DNA from: Chloroflexota bacterium
GTDB taxonomy: Bacteria > Chloroflexota > Dehalococcoidia > UBA2247 > JAXHVC01
DNA length: 55,702 nt
Direction: 5' to 3'
NCBI GenBank assembly: GCA_034189315.1
Contig: JAXHVC010000012.1
Location: forward strand, 1 to 55,702
Shown: positions 10,095-20,125 of the stretch, piece after piece
Layout of the letters: each line of letters starts with the position of its first letter
How positions within the stretch are numbered: position 1 is the first letter of the stretch
Position numbers and translations under genes: made by a program
Notes under the pieces: model-generated
What the model was told of the DNA's origin: nothing
What the model saw: the letters and a program-made list of their open reading frames with translations, nothing else
Database searches by the model: none

Positions 10095-10264
10095 AACGAT
10101 TAGGCACTTAGCTCCGAGACACATAACGTAGGGTGAACGGTTACACGTAGGGAATGTACTACAAATGGAGTGAAGGAGATGAAGCAAGAGTCGATAAACC
10201 TCCTCTGGTTCCAGAACAAGTTCGCTACGGAAGAGACTCTTTCGGAGCTAAGTGCCTAATCGTT
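10095..10264 (+). mobile_element. 170-bp non-autonomous IS1595-family deletion derivative (MITE)
   Basis: Perfect 23-bp terminal inverted repeats AACGATTAGGCACTTAGCTCCGA (10095-10117 and 10242-10264). 8-bp target duplication AAATAGAA (10087-10094 and 10265-10272). Internal AAGGAG then ATG 10179 gives MKQESINLLWFQNKFATEE, resembling an IS1595 transposase N-terminus. Confidence 0.88.
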
Positions 10265-10334
10265 AAATAGAATTTTCTGTTCATCATCCATCTACTGCTC
10301 AGACGCGTTCTACTAATTGGGAGGGCACTGAGAA

Positions 10335-11132
10335 ATGGCAACAGTTCAAGCAAATAATATCCAAATTCACTACGAAATCTACGGCAGTGGATCTCCATTG
10401 ATTATGATTATGGGATTGGGAGCGAACATGAACTGGTGGGATCCTCGCATGATCCAGGCACTTTCCCCACAATTCAAAACGATTCTTTTTGACAATAGGG
10501 GAACCGGTCAGAGCGAGATATCGGATTGTGAATACTCTATCACGCTATTCGTGAATGACGTGGCGGGACTAATGGATGCGTTACAAATACCTAAGGCTCA
10601 CATACTAGGTATATCAATGGGAGGAATGATTGCCCAAGAACTAGTATTGCACCATCCAGAAAAGGTAGAAAAGCTAATACTATGTTCCACATATTGTGGC
10701 AGCTCAAGAGGTATTCCACCATCACTTGATACACTTGGAATGATCACTGGAGATAGGACTAACATGACCCCAGAGGACATAACCCGTCGCACACTTCCCG
10801 CTTTATTCACCAAGGGATTTCTCGATGATAATCCGGAGTTCATTAATCTCACTATTCAGCAACTAATGGTAGAGCAAACTTCAGAGGATGTACTGATGCG
10901 TCAGATGAACGCAATTATTCAGTTCGATACTTTCGAAAGGTTGCCACAAATATCCACACATACACTTATTCTGCATGGTAAGAGGGATATCCTGCTACCA
11001 CCGGATAACGCAGCTGTTATGGCACAGGCCATACCTAACTCCCATCTCGTGTATTTCGAGAAATCGGCCCATGGTTTAGCAGAAGAGATGGATGATGTAG
11101 TCTTAATAGTTAAAAAATTCTTGGCAGAGTAA
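10335..11132 (+). CDS. Alpha/beta hydrolase (3-oxoadipate enol-lactonase-like)
   Basis: FDNRGTGQS, nucleophile elbow GISMGG, catalytic D (GKRD) and H (SAHG). Confidence 0.85.
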   Translation: MATVQANNIQIHYEIYGSGSPLIMIMGLGANMNWWDPRMIQALSPQFKTILFDNRGTGQSEISDCEYSITLFVNDVAGLMDALQIPKAHILGISMGGMIAQELVLHHPEKVEKLILCSTYCGSSRGIPPSLDTLGMITGDRTNMTPEDITRRTLPALFTKGFLDDNPEFINLTIQQLMVEQTSEDVLMRQMNAIIQFDTFERLPQISTHTLILHGKRDILLPPDNAAVMAQAIPNSHLVYFEKSAHGLAEEMDDVVLIVKKFLAE

Positions 11133-11360
11133 TCTTCAAGGTTATTACACATATAGTCCTTTTCAGCCCTATTCCCCTGCCTTCGAGTAGGCAAACCGTT
11201 CCTCGCCTTCTGTAAAGGTTATATCTGTTAATAGTGATATATCCTTTACGAAGGGGCATCCAAGCCCAACAAGAGTGAATTGCGAATTCTACGCTCTGTT
11301 AGTATTTAGTTATGTCAAATAATATTACCATTAAGTCTGAATATAAGCTTACTGAGGATA

Positions 11361-12302
11361 TCACCTCTTCAACGGATGATATCTTCTGTGGGCACCCTCA
11401 GCATACCTATCTGACGCATGAACGTAATGAGTAGTAGTAGCCAAAGACTCGTGACCTAGCAATATTTGTATGGCAGCCGGATTCGCACCCCCTTCTGCCA
11501 GATAGGTAGCAAAACCATGTCTCAAGGAATGGGCAGATGTCGGAACATTTATCATTAAATACTCACGATATCTCTTTATTCGTTCTTGAACATAATTAGT
11601 AGAAATCCTCTTCTTTTGATTTCCTGCATTTCTACCTGCATATGGTATAAACAGTGCGTGGAAGTTATCTTCACGAGTATCAAGATATCGCTGGAGATGA
11701 TCCTGAGCACGTGGAGTAAGGTACACAAATCGCTGTTTTTTTCCTTTTCCAGAAATGAAAATACGGCCACTTCCATCCACTTGATCCTTATTCAAATTGC
11801 ACACCTCTGAGATACGCATACCGGTAGCAAACAGTAGCTCTAAGATCGCTCTATTTCTCAAAGATACCCTGGGATTAGATTCCAATTTACTAGGGGCCTC
11901 TATAAGATTGACTAATTCCTCGAGTTCGGCAACTTGTGGATGCTTTTTCTCAGCCCTCGTCATCTTTATAGCATCAGGGGGAACAGGACAAGAATAGTCC
12001 ATCTCAATCATATACTTGAGATAGGACCTCAATGCAGAAAGCATTCTATTAGTAGAGCGTGATGCCATCCTCTCCACAACTGGCTCACGATGTTTGGGTG
12101 TTTTCCGATCCTGTGATGCTAAATATGCCTTATAGGCAACTATAGTCTTCTTATCGATTTCATCAAAGTCGATTCCCTCTTCTTTAAGAAATGTCTCAAA
12201 TACCCTTAGGTCTCGCTCATAGTTATACACCGTCTCAGGTGAGTAGTGATTCGATTGAATATTTAGTAGAAACTCATCAAGGTATTTTAATACTATCGCC
12301 AT
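11361..12302 (-). CDS. Tyrosine recombinase, XerC/XerD-like
   Basis: N-terminal SAM-like domain (YS.ETVYNYERDL). Catalytic R (TGMRISE), K (GKGKKQR), HSLRH, LLGH and Y. No integron-integrase insertion visible. Confidence 0.9.
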   Translation of the reverse strand: MAIVLKYLDEFLLNIQSNHYSPETVYNYERDLRVFETFLKEEGIDFDEIDKKTIVAYKAYLASQDRKTPKHREPVVERMASRSTNRMLSALRSYLKYMIEMDYSCPVPPDAIKMTRAEKKHPQVAELEELVNLIEAPSKLESNPRVSLRNRAILELLFATGMRISEVCNLNKDQVDGSGRIFISGKGKKQRFVYLTPRAQDHLQRYLDTREDNFHALFIPYAGRNAGNQKKRISTNYVQERIKRYREYLMINVPTSAHSLRHGFATYLAEGGANPAAIQILLGHESLATTTHYVHASDRYAEGAHRRYHPLKR

Positions 12303-12601
12303 TACCTTCCCTTATAGAAAACAACTATATGCTACCACCTTATCCATATCGGTACTATAGTCTTTAACATTTCCAAGCGTCACATATTAATTGACTCTAT
12401 GGCTTACATACACAGGTTTCAACTTGACGCCAGGCAGTGTATGCAAGCTTTCTTTGATATTTATGTCATGTTTACTAATACATGTTTCCATATACAAACT
12501 GAGTATAAGAATGATTATACTCAGTTATTTCTTGGCCCTGACAAGAAAATACCTATCTTTCTATGAATCATGATTCGTCCACATACCACAAATCAACACC
12601 T

Positions 12602-13762
12602 CTATTTTATCGCCATCTCAAGTATTGAGCTCGCCCTTTTCAACACTTTATCCACCCCCCACCCCTTTGATGCCGAAATGAAGATTGGTGCTATCACGTT
12701 GGAACTCATAACAACACTTCTTAAGGACTCCCTTAAAGCTATTTCTTCTTCAGCTAATTCATCTGCTGATACTATAAGATCTATTTTATTGAATACCGTC
12801 ATCCTTGGAGTATCGATTAACTGTAACTCTTCCAAGACCTGCTCTACAGTATTATGTTGTTCCGCTGCATTCTCATGAGTTACATCCACAACATGCAATA
12901 GCAAATCAGCCTCTGTCAGCTCTTCAAGGGTAGCCCTAAAAGCCGCTACCAGGGTAGTAGGTAGCCTTTGAATGAAGCCCACTGTGTCGGTTAACAACGC
13001 TGGATTATTATTTGGTAGACGTATGCGCCTCGTCACAGGATCTAAAGTCGCAAATACTTTGTCCTCCACAAACACATCATCCTTACTTAAGGTATTGAAC
13101 AAGGTACTCTTTCCTGCGTTGGTATAACCCACTATGGCTAGAATAGGGATATTACCCTTCCTGCGTCTTTGTCGATGAAGGCTTCGGTGCTTTCTTACAG
13201 ATTCTATCTCTCTTTTAAGTCGTCCTATCTTCTGTTTGACCAACCGTCTATCAGTTTCTAACTGAGACTCTCCAGGCCCCCTTGTTCCTATTCCACCCCC
13301 TAGACGTTCCAGATGACTCCATTGACCTATCAAACGTGGCAGTAGATATTGCGCTTGAGCCAATTCCACCTGCAGTTTTCCCTCGCGACTCCTAGCACGG
13401 CTGCTAAATATATCGATAATGAGGGCAGTGCGATCTATGATCTTTATATCCAATATCTGCTCAAGATTTCGTTGTTGCCTCGGGGAAAGTTCGTCATCGA
13501 ATATGATCACATCACAACCAGTTTCGGATTTGAGTGATACTAGCTCCTCTATCTTGCCAGATCCAAGATAATGGGTACTAGAAGGCCTTTCCATCTTCTG
13601 GGTTAACTCAGATACCACATCAACTCCTGCAGTGTCCGCAAGTTGCGCCAATTCGTCAAGCGAACTGCGCAGACTCCACAGCGTCTTTGCATTCTTTATC
13701 TCCCTACCAACAAGGATTGCCCTTTCCTTTGGAAGCTCAGTTGGCTCTGTACCTTTGGTAAT
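12602..13762 (-). CDS. hflX: Ribosome-splitting GTPase HflX (probable non-canonical ATT start)
   Basis: ELS PRQQRNLE, GTRGPGE..LE.DRR, GYTNAGKSTL, DTVGFI and NKID motifs. The conserved N-terminal ERAILVG lies upstream of the track's TTG (13651). ATT at 13762 follows GGAGG by 5 nt. Start codon uncertain. Confidence 0.9.
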   Translation of the reverse strand: MTKGTEPTELPKERAILVGREIKNAKTLWSLRSSLDELAQLADTAGVDVVSELTQKMERPSSTHYLGSGKIEELVSLKSETGCDVIIFDDELSPRQQRNLEQILDIKIIDRTALIIDIFSSRARSREGKLQVELAQAQYLLPRLIGQWSHLERLGGGIGTRGPGESQLETDRRLVKQKIGRLKREIESVRKHRSLHRQRRRKGNIPILAIVGYTNAGKSTLFNTLSKDDVFVEDKVFATLDPVTRRIRLPNNNPALLTDTVGFIQRLPTTLVAAFRATLEELTEADLLLHVVDVTHENAAEQHNTVEQVLEELQLIDTPRMTVFNKIDLIVSADELAEEEIALRESLRSVVMSSNVIAPIFISASKGWGVDKVLKRASSILEMAIK

Positions 13763-13798
13763 AACTACCTCCGTTCCTTCATTCCTTTTTATTATCGA

Positions 13799-14971
13799 TT
13801 ATTTTCCTTTAATACAATCTACGTAAGTAAGCCTGCGTAACCCTTCATCCAATCTTTCATCAGAGATTGTGAGCGATATTCTGAAATAACCTTCACCATG
13901 CACTCCATATCCTGTACCAGGTGTTACCACCACGCAGGCCTCATCTAGCAGCTTTGTCGCGAATTCTGCAGAGGTAAATCCCTTCGGAACTCTAACCCAG
14001 ATATATAGGCTTGCCTTTGGAATCATGGCTTCAAGCCCCATTTGTTGGAGTACGCTCATAATCCGATCACGACGCCGCTGATATATAATGTTGTGTTCCT
14101 TGATACAGTCTTGCGGACCACTCAGCGCTTTGATAGCAGCATGCTGGATAGCTTGAGGTATACCTGAATCCAGGTTAGACTTAACTCTCATCAATGCATC
14201 CACCATCTCAGAATTACCCACCATCATCCCAATACGCCATCCTGTCATATTGTAACTCTTCGACAACGAGTGAAACTCCACTCCCACATCTCGCGCTCCC
14301 GGTACTTGCATAAAGCTTAGTGGCACATAGTCGTCAAAGGCCACATCAGTGTAAGGAGCATCATGACAAACGACAAGATCAAACCTCTTTGCAAAATCAA
14401 CAACCTTCTCATAAAAGTCCATCTCTGCTACAGCTGCAGTTGGATTATTGGGATAATTAATCCATAGTATCTTGGCCTTCTCAGCTATATGTATTGGAAT
14501 ATCTTCTAATATTGGGAGGAATCCACTCTCCTTGGTCAAAGGGATATAATATGATTCGCCACCTGCAAACATCGTACCTATGGAATACACCGGATAGGCA
14601 GGATCCGGAACCAAGGCGATATCTCCTGGATCTATAAAACACAATGCCATGTGCCCTATGCCTTCTTTTGAACCAATTAAGGGCAATACCTCTTTATCAG
14701 GATCAAGGACTACCCCAAAACGTCTTTTATACCAATCTGCGATCGCTGTCCTAAGCTGAGGCAATCCTTCGCTTTCTGGATAACGATGATTAGCAGGATC
14801 ATTCGAGGCATCGCATAAACATTCAATCACATGTGGGGGAGTCGGGAGATCAGGATCACCAATAGCAAAGCTGATCACATCCTCCCCCCTACTTCGCTTC
14901 TCCGCGATCTTTCGAGATATCTCTACAAACAAATATGGGGGAAGTTTTTCAATACGTTTAGAAGTCTTCAT
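13799..14971 (-). CDS. dapL: LL-diaminopimelate aminotransferase (PLP class I/II)
   Basis: LPPYLF, IGDPD, GSKEGIGH, NYPNNPT, SLSKSYNMTGWRIG and KSNLDSG motifs. Confidence 0.85.
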   Translation of the reverse strand: MKTSKRIEKLPPYLFVEISRKIAEKRSRGEDVISFAIGDPDLPTPPHVIECLCDASNDPANHRYPESEGLPQLRTAIADWYKRRFGVVLDPDKEVLPLIGSKEGIGHMALCFIDPGDIALVPDPAYPVYSIGTMFAGGESYYIPLTKESGFLPILEDIPIHIAEKAKILWINYPNNPTAAVAEMDFYEKVVDFAKRFDLVVCHDAPYTDVAFDDYVPLSFMQVPGARDVGVEFHSLSKSYNMTGWRIGMMVGNSEMVDALMRVKSNLDSGIPQAIQHAAIKALSGPQDCIKEHNIIYQRRRDRIMSVLQQMGLEAMIPKASLYIWVRVPKGFTSAEFATKLLDEACVVVTPGTGYGVHGEGYFRISLTISDERLDEGLRRLTYVDCIKGK

Positions 14972-15518
14972 ACTCTCTCTCCAAGAAGATATAGCGAAAC
15001 CAATTATCAGCTATGTTCCAATCTATTTTCACCCAACATAACCTCAGTCATTATACCGGGATAAGTACTCCATGCAAATTTACAGAGAAGTTCTATTTAT
15101 ATGAAGTAAATATGACCTGCCCATAAGTTATATATACCGATTTTCTCTAATCTATATGCCTATCGTCTACCCCTTTCCTTGACTTAATTATCTCAGCTTC
15201 ATTATTTCATCATCAATGAATCATTTTTGTATGTTTTATATAGTTTTATATAGTTGCATGATATTGCCCTAAAGAAATCGCTGTCATATAGTGTAGAAGA
15301 ACATACAGGATGATACAGGTGTTCATGCGGTTGAACACATTAATTATCAGTACATATTTCACCATTTTTCACGTGATTTCATCAATTTTTTGCCACATAA
15401 TTCACACAATTATTGTATAAGAGTAAATAGATGGTAAACGATAAGTAACGGACAGTCCTGCAAACTTGTCCGATTCTTAAGTGTTCTGATAACACATCTT
15501 CAAGAGAGGTGAGCACAA

Positions 15519-17723
15519 ATGAGAAAAGCCCTAGTGACCCTATTAGTCCTCGCCATGGTTATCACGCCTCTATCTGCAATTGCATCTACCAGCATAGCAC
15601 AGGCAGCTGCAAAGCTTATAATCACTAGCGATGTTAGTGATTCTCACCTACAACCCGGACAGACTACCAATGTCGAACTCACTATAACCAATGTTGGCAC
15701 TAGTAATGCAACTAGTACCCGCGTAGAGCTAGTTGGTAATGAAAACATTTCCGTAGAATCTAGTGTCATAGACGTCGGAACATTAGCAGGATTAAGCTTT
15801 ACAGAAAAGAGCATTCCCATTTCTGTAGCTGATGATTGCCCAGCGGGAGATCATGTAATAGATGGCAAGCTCCGCTATCGCACATCACTTCTTTACAGTA
15901 CCACTGTAGACTTCGAAGTCCAGGTCACCGTATATCGACAACCATTACTTGATATCGCCAATGTAGAATTCAGCCAAGAAGTCATTAGCCCTGGAGATAC
16001 ATTTTCAATGTACCTCGATATCAAGAACGAAGGTATTGGGGATGCTAAACATATTAGTGTATTTCTAGGATACGATGTTCTTGATGTTGCTGGGGTAATA
16101 CCCAATGAGGTACTCCAACGTATTCCCGAGGATCTTTTGCCAGATATTCTTCTGACTGGAGAGAAAAGTCTGCGTTTGAATAAGACACCATTCCTCCCCG
16201 AGCAAGACCTTATGATCTATCTCGATGATTTGTGGGCAGGTCAAGAGCAGAGGATCGAGTTCGTACTTACTTCAGACACCCACGCTCAGCCTGGCAGATA
16301 CATGTTACCGATTGCAATCTTCTGCGAGGACATCACGGGTAGAACCCAGCGGACTGTTGAAAACATGGTCGGAATTGATATGCAGGGTCCTCCAGGGAGT
16401 ACCTTCATCGATATAGTCAATGTGAGTTTCAGCGAAGAACAGATCAAGCCAGGCGATCCTTTTGTACTCACTCTCAAGCTCCGGAATCAGGGAACCACTC
16501 GAGCAACCAATGTAAGGGCAATTCTCACTAGCCAGGTAACCGAGGACTCAGGTGGATTATCGGCTACTGTATTGAGTCTAATTGAAGACATTTTGCCCGA
16601 GGGACTGCTTCCTGAGGATCTACTAGGTACTGATAGAGGCATTACTCTTGTGGATACTCCCTTTGTACCACTTACTGATTATGTCGCTTTCATTGACAAC
16701 CTAGAACCAGGTGAAGAGCAAGAGATATCATTTCCACTTCAAACAAGTGATACAGCTCAACCAAAACCATACACCGTTCCAATAGCATTGTTATGTAAAG
16801 ATGACAAGGGGAAAGAACAACCCGCGTTGAACAATGCCATTGGTATCAATTTATCTGGAGCACCGGGGAGCTCATTTGTTGATATAGTCGATGTGGCCCC
16901 TAGTTCAGAAGAGATCAGGCCAGGTGATGCATTCACCCTATCTATTACAGTAAAGAACCATGGAACCACTATAGCAAGGGATGTAAAGATCGTCGTAGCA
17001 TACGATGTCTCTGCTATAGAAGAAGCTGACGCTTCCCTCATGGAACAAGTCACAGAGGGATTGTCTCTAGAAAACCTCATCGGAACATCCACCGAGAGCA
17101 CGGTGCAGGACATCCCAATTCTACCAATCACGGACTTCATTGGTTTTGTGGGCACTCTAGAGCCCGGTGAAGAAAAGATTGTTGACTTCCAGCTACGATC
17201 TAGCATGATAGCCGAAGCCAAAGCATATGCAATTCCAATAACCATTATTTACGCCAATAGTCAAGGAGAGGAACAAGCACCCGTTAATAACGTTGCTGGA
17301 ATACTGCTGCAAGGCGATGTCAATTTAGCCCTCGCTGGTATCACTACAGATCCAGAGACCCTTAGTCCTGGTGAAGATTACACTTTGATGCTTCGTATAG
17401 AGAACCTTGGAACGCAAGATGCCAATTCGGTGCGTGTAGCTATCAATGGCTCAGTTGACTACCTTGGAACACTGGGGCCTGGTGATGTTGGGGTTGCTAT
17501 GTTCGATATGCAAGCGGAGGAAGAAAGGGATGCATACTCAGTTGAGGTAACATACTCTGATGTAGAAGGAATACCCATCGCACAGAATCCTATTGAAGTA
17601 GTCGTTGAGTCTCCTAATGGTGAGGGACTCAATATGTTTTATATATTCTTAGTACTTGGTGCTATACTATTAGTAGTTTTATTGTTCTCGTTGCGGCGGA
17701 GGTCTCGGAGAAGTACTGAATGA
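15519..17723 (+). CDS. COG1361-type (S-layer-domain/CARDB-like) membrane-anchored protein
   Basis: Signal peptide, repeated Ig-like units (I.PGD.F.L.L..KN.G...A..V; L.PG.E..I.F.L), and a C-terminal TM helix with an RRRSRR tail. Confidence 0.75.
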   Translation: MRKALVTLLVLAMVITPLSAIASTSIAQAAAKLIITSDVSDSHLQPGQTTNVELTITNVGTSNATSTRVELVGNENISVESSVIDVGTLAGLSFTEKSIPISVADDCPAGDHVIDGKLRYRTSLLYSTTVDFEVQVTVYRQPLLDIANVEFSQEVISPGDTFSMYLDIKNEGIGDAKHISVFLGYDVLDVAGVIPNEVLQRIPEDLLPDILLTGEKSLRLNKTPFLPEQDLMIYLDDLWAGQEQRIEFVLTSDTHAQPGRYMLPIAIFCEDITGRTQRTVENMVGIDMQGPPGSTFIDIVNVSFSEEQIKPGDPFVLTLKLRNQGTTRATNVRAILTSQVTEDSGGLSATVLSLIEDILPEGLLPEDLLGTDRGITLVDTPFVPLTDYVAFIDNLEPGEEQEISFPLQTSDTAQPKPYTVPIALLCKDDKGKEQPALNNAIGINLSGAPGSSFVDIVDVAPSSEEIRPGDAFTLSITVKNHGTTIARDVKIVVAYDVSAIEEADASLMEQVTEGLSLENLIGTSTESTVQDIPILPITDFIGFVGTLEPGEEKIVDFQLRSSMIAEAKAYAIPITIIYANSQGEEQAPVNNVAGILLQGDVNLALAGITTDPETLSPGEDYTLMLRIENLGTQDANSVRVAINGSVDYLGTLGPGDVGVAMFDMQAEEERDAYSVEVTYSDVEGIPIAQNPIEVVVESPNGEGLNMFYIFLVLGAILLVVLLFSLRRRSRRSTE

Positions 17724-18853
17724 GGCAACTTATCATCAAGAGTCTCTTGATAAGAAAGGTCAGGAGCCTCCTCACTGTATTGGGTATCGCCATTGGTATA
17801 GGCATGATTGTAGCGTTAGTCTCTGTGACCGAGGGACTAAATGCTGAAGCTGAGGATACTTTTGCTGGCATGCAAATGATCACTGTAGAGCCAAAACAGC
17901 TTTTGCGTCCCATGCCAGTGTCAAATGTCAATACAATAGAAAAACTTCCTGGTGTTACCTTAGTTAGTCCTTTCGTCACAGCGATAGTAGGCACGGTGGA
18001 TGACGTGGAAGTGCTAGAAGACGCCTCGGGCGGATTAATCCCTCCTACTATGAGAGGATATGATCCAATTAGGGCCAAGGAAAGTGCCAGTAAGATACCT
18101 GATAGTATTATCAGAGGTAGATACCTAGTCGACGGTGACAGAAACTCCGTGGTTTTGGGCAAACCCATAGCAGACAGGTTCAAAAAGTCCTATGGAAGTA
18201 CAATAGACATAGATGGAAGAACCTTTAACGTTGTAGGTATTTTTGAGACTGGTCTGATAGTCACAGACAACCTCATGATCGTTCCTTTGGACACAGCTAG
18301 AGATCTCCGCAATATGGCACCAGACTCCATAAGTGGAATGAGTGTGGTGGTTGATAACCAAGACAATATTACAAATGTGGCACGTAGGATAGAACAAGCA
18401 CTACCCCAAGTTAGAGCGACCACTCCCGAAGAAATACAGGCTGATTTCGAAGACCTCTCTGGAGCCATTACCACGGCAACATGGGTTATAGCCAGCGTAG
18501 CGGCGGTTGTTGGTGGTATTGGCATCATCAATTCTATGGTTATGAACGTCATGGAGCGAAGAAGGGAGATTGGCGTCCTCAAGGCAGTCGGATGGACAAG
18601 GGGTGAGGTGCTCAGAACCTTTCTGATAGAGTCAACCATTCTAGGTTTCCTCGGCGGCTTGGCGGGAGTTATAATTGGAGTAGTAGGAATGACCGCCATT
18701 ACCACCCTTCTACCTATTGTCGTAGCTAAGATAACCCCAGAACTCATTATTGAGGCACTTCTCTTTGCTCTGATACTGGGAGCTGGTGGGGGATTATATC
18801 CCGCATGGCGAGCAGCAAGTGTCCACCCAATAGAGGCGCTACGGTATGATTGA
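17720..18853 (+). CDS. ABC transporter permease, MacB/FtsX family
   Basis: RSLLTVLGIAIG, periplasmic core domain, ERRREIGVLKAVG and YPAWRAA...PIEALRY. ATGA overlap with the upstream gene. Confidence 0.9.
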   Translation: MRQLIIKSLLIRKVRSLLTVLGIAIGIGMIVALVSVTEGLNAEAEDTFAGMQMITVEPKQLLRPMPVSNVNTIEKLPGVTLVSPFVTAIVGTVDDVEVLEDASGGLIPPTMRGYDPIRAKESASKIPDSIIRGRYLVDGDRNSVVLGKPIADRFKKSYGSTIDIDGRTFNVVGIFETGLIVTDNLMIVPLDTARDLRNMAPDSISGMSVVVDNQDNITNVARRIEQALPQVRATTPEEIQADFEDLSGAITTATWVIASVAAVVGGIGIINSMVMNVMERRREIGVLKAVGWTRGEVLRTFLIESTILGFLGGLAGVIIGVVGMTAITTLLPIVVAKITPELIIEALLFALILGAGGGLYPAWRAASVHPIEALRYD

Positions 18854-19565
18854 GCTTAAACAAGCCACTAAGCTATATCGTTTGAGCGAACGTGTTGAAG
18901 TCAGAGCCCTAGATAATGTCAACCTACGTATAGAAGATGGTGATTTCGTTATAATACTGGGACCAAGTGGATCCGGCAAATCAACGATGCTTAACATGCT
19001 TGGAGCTCTGGACAGACCGACTTCTGGAAGTGTCATTCTTGACGATGTAGATTTAGCTCGTCTTTCCGACAATGGATTATCTAAGATACGAAGATACAAA
19101 ATTGGATTCATTTTTCAGTTTTTCAACCTGGTAACCACACTGACTGCCGTAGAAAATGTGATGCTTCCTCTCTCCCCAGTAGAGCGCAATAAGGCAAAAC
19201 TCCAGCAAAAAGCAGAAAGCCTACTCACAAGTATGGGTTTGGAATCACGCATGGACCACCGGCCAACAGAGCTATCTGGCGGTGAGCAACAACGGGTTGC
19301 CATCGCTAGAGCATTGATGGCAGATCCTCGCATTATCCTTGGTGATGAACCAACTGGTAACCTAGATTCAAAGACAGGTCATGACCTAATCCGGATTATG
19401 AAAGAGCTCAATGTTGAAAAAGGAATAACCTTTATTATAGTCTCCCACGATCCATCCATAGCATCCGTTGGAAATAGGGTAATTCAGATGAAGGATGGTC
19501 ACGCAACAGAGGTCCCTCCACCAAATCCAACAGATCCACCTACAACCTTTGCTTCATCAGCTTAG
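18846..19565 (+). CDS. ABC transporter ATP-binding protein, LolD/MacB family
   Basis: GPSGSGKST, LSGGEQQRVAIARAL and DEPTGNLD motifs. Confidence 0.92.
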   Translation: MIELKQATKLYRLSERVEVRALDNVNLRIEDGDFVIILGPSGSGKSTMLNMLGALDRPTSGSVILDDVDLARLSDNGLSKIRRYKIGFIFQFFNLVTTLTAVENVMLPLSPVERNKAKLQQKAESLLTSMGLESRMDHRPTELSGGEQQRVAIARALMADPRIILGDEPTGNLDSKTGHDLIRIMKELNVEKGITFIIVSHDPSIASVGNRVIQMKDGHATEVPPPNPTDPPTTFASSA

Positions 19566-19758
19566 AATCTTGTTGCAGAAGTTCGCTGCTGTCATTACTC
19601 GTATTTGATGCCCACATTTAGTATTGTCTCTAATTAGAGTCACTAATATTCCACACAACCATGACGGACAATATAGATATACGATTATGCCCTTAGCTCC
19701 ATCCGCATGGTGCTGTGCAAAAACAAACTAGCTATTTAATTAAAAGGAACGCCCGCGA

Positions 19759-19807
19759 CGAAGCAATCTCAGAAAGACGACATGACTAAACACTCTAGAT
19801 TGCTTCG
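19759..19807. repeat. REP-like palindromic element
   Basis: CGAAGCAATCT (19759-19769) and AGATTGCTTCG (19797-19807) are perfect inverted arms. A GCAATGAC tail, typical of this repeat type, occurs near 19875. Confidence 0.55.
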
Positions 19808-20055
19808 CTCCACTCCTAAGAAACTGGAGGGTTCTTTTACTATTATCCCGTGTCCCTCACAAGTCCCATGCTTGCAATGACAGGAGGGGTTTGCCCAACA
19901 AACATTGTATTTGGGAGCTACGGTAATAATCATATATACAGATTCAGGTATGGGATAATGTCTTATCTTGGATGCCCACAGTAGATACAAGTAAAATGCA
20001 ACTTAATATTCTAAAAAAAGCAGAAATCCCGATTCTAACAAGGAGGCGCACTCCC

Positions 20056-20085
20056 TTGACTTTCCCGTTTGCGCCACGATACAAT
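20056..20085 (+). promoter_or_regulatory. Sigma70-type promoter upstream of the mutase gene
   Basis: TTGACT, 18-nt spacer, TACAAT, about 40 bp before the ATG. Confidence 0.5.
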
Positions 20086-20125
20086 TCAACCTAAATAAAC
20101 CGCATTCTGTAATAGGGGGCAGTGG

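Noticed and set aside
11361-12302. Tyrosine recombinase as the integron integrase for the attC array
   Set aside because: It has XerC/D length and motifs, no IntI-specific insertion before the HxLRH box, and lies 18 kb away among housekeeping genes.
19570-20125. Cobalamin riboswitch upstream of the B12 mutase
   Set aside because: No recognisable B12-box elements (GGGAA...GCCACTG...) seen. Only a REP-like palindrome and a promoter are present.
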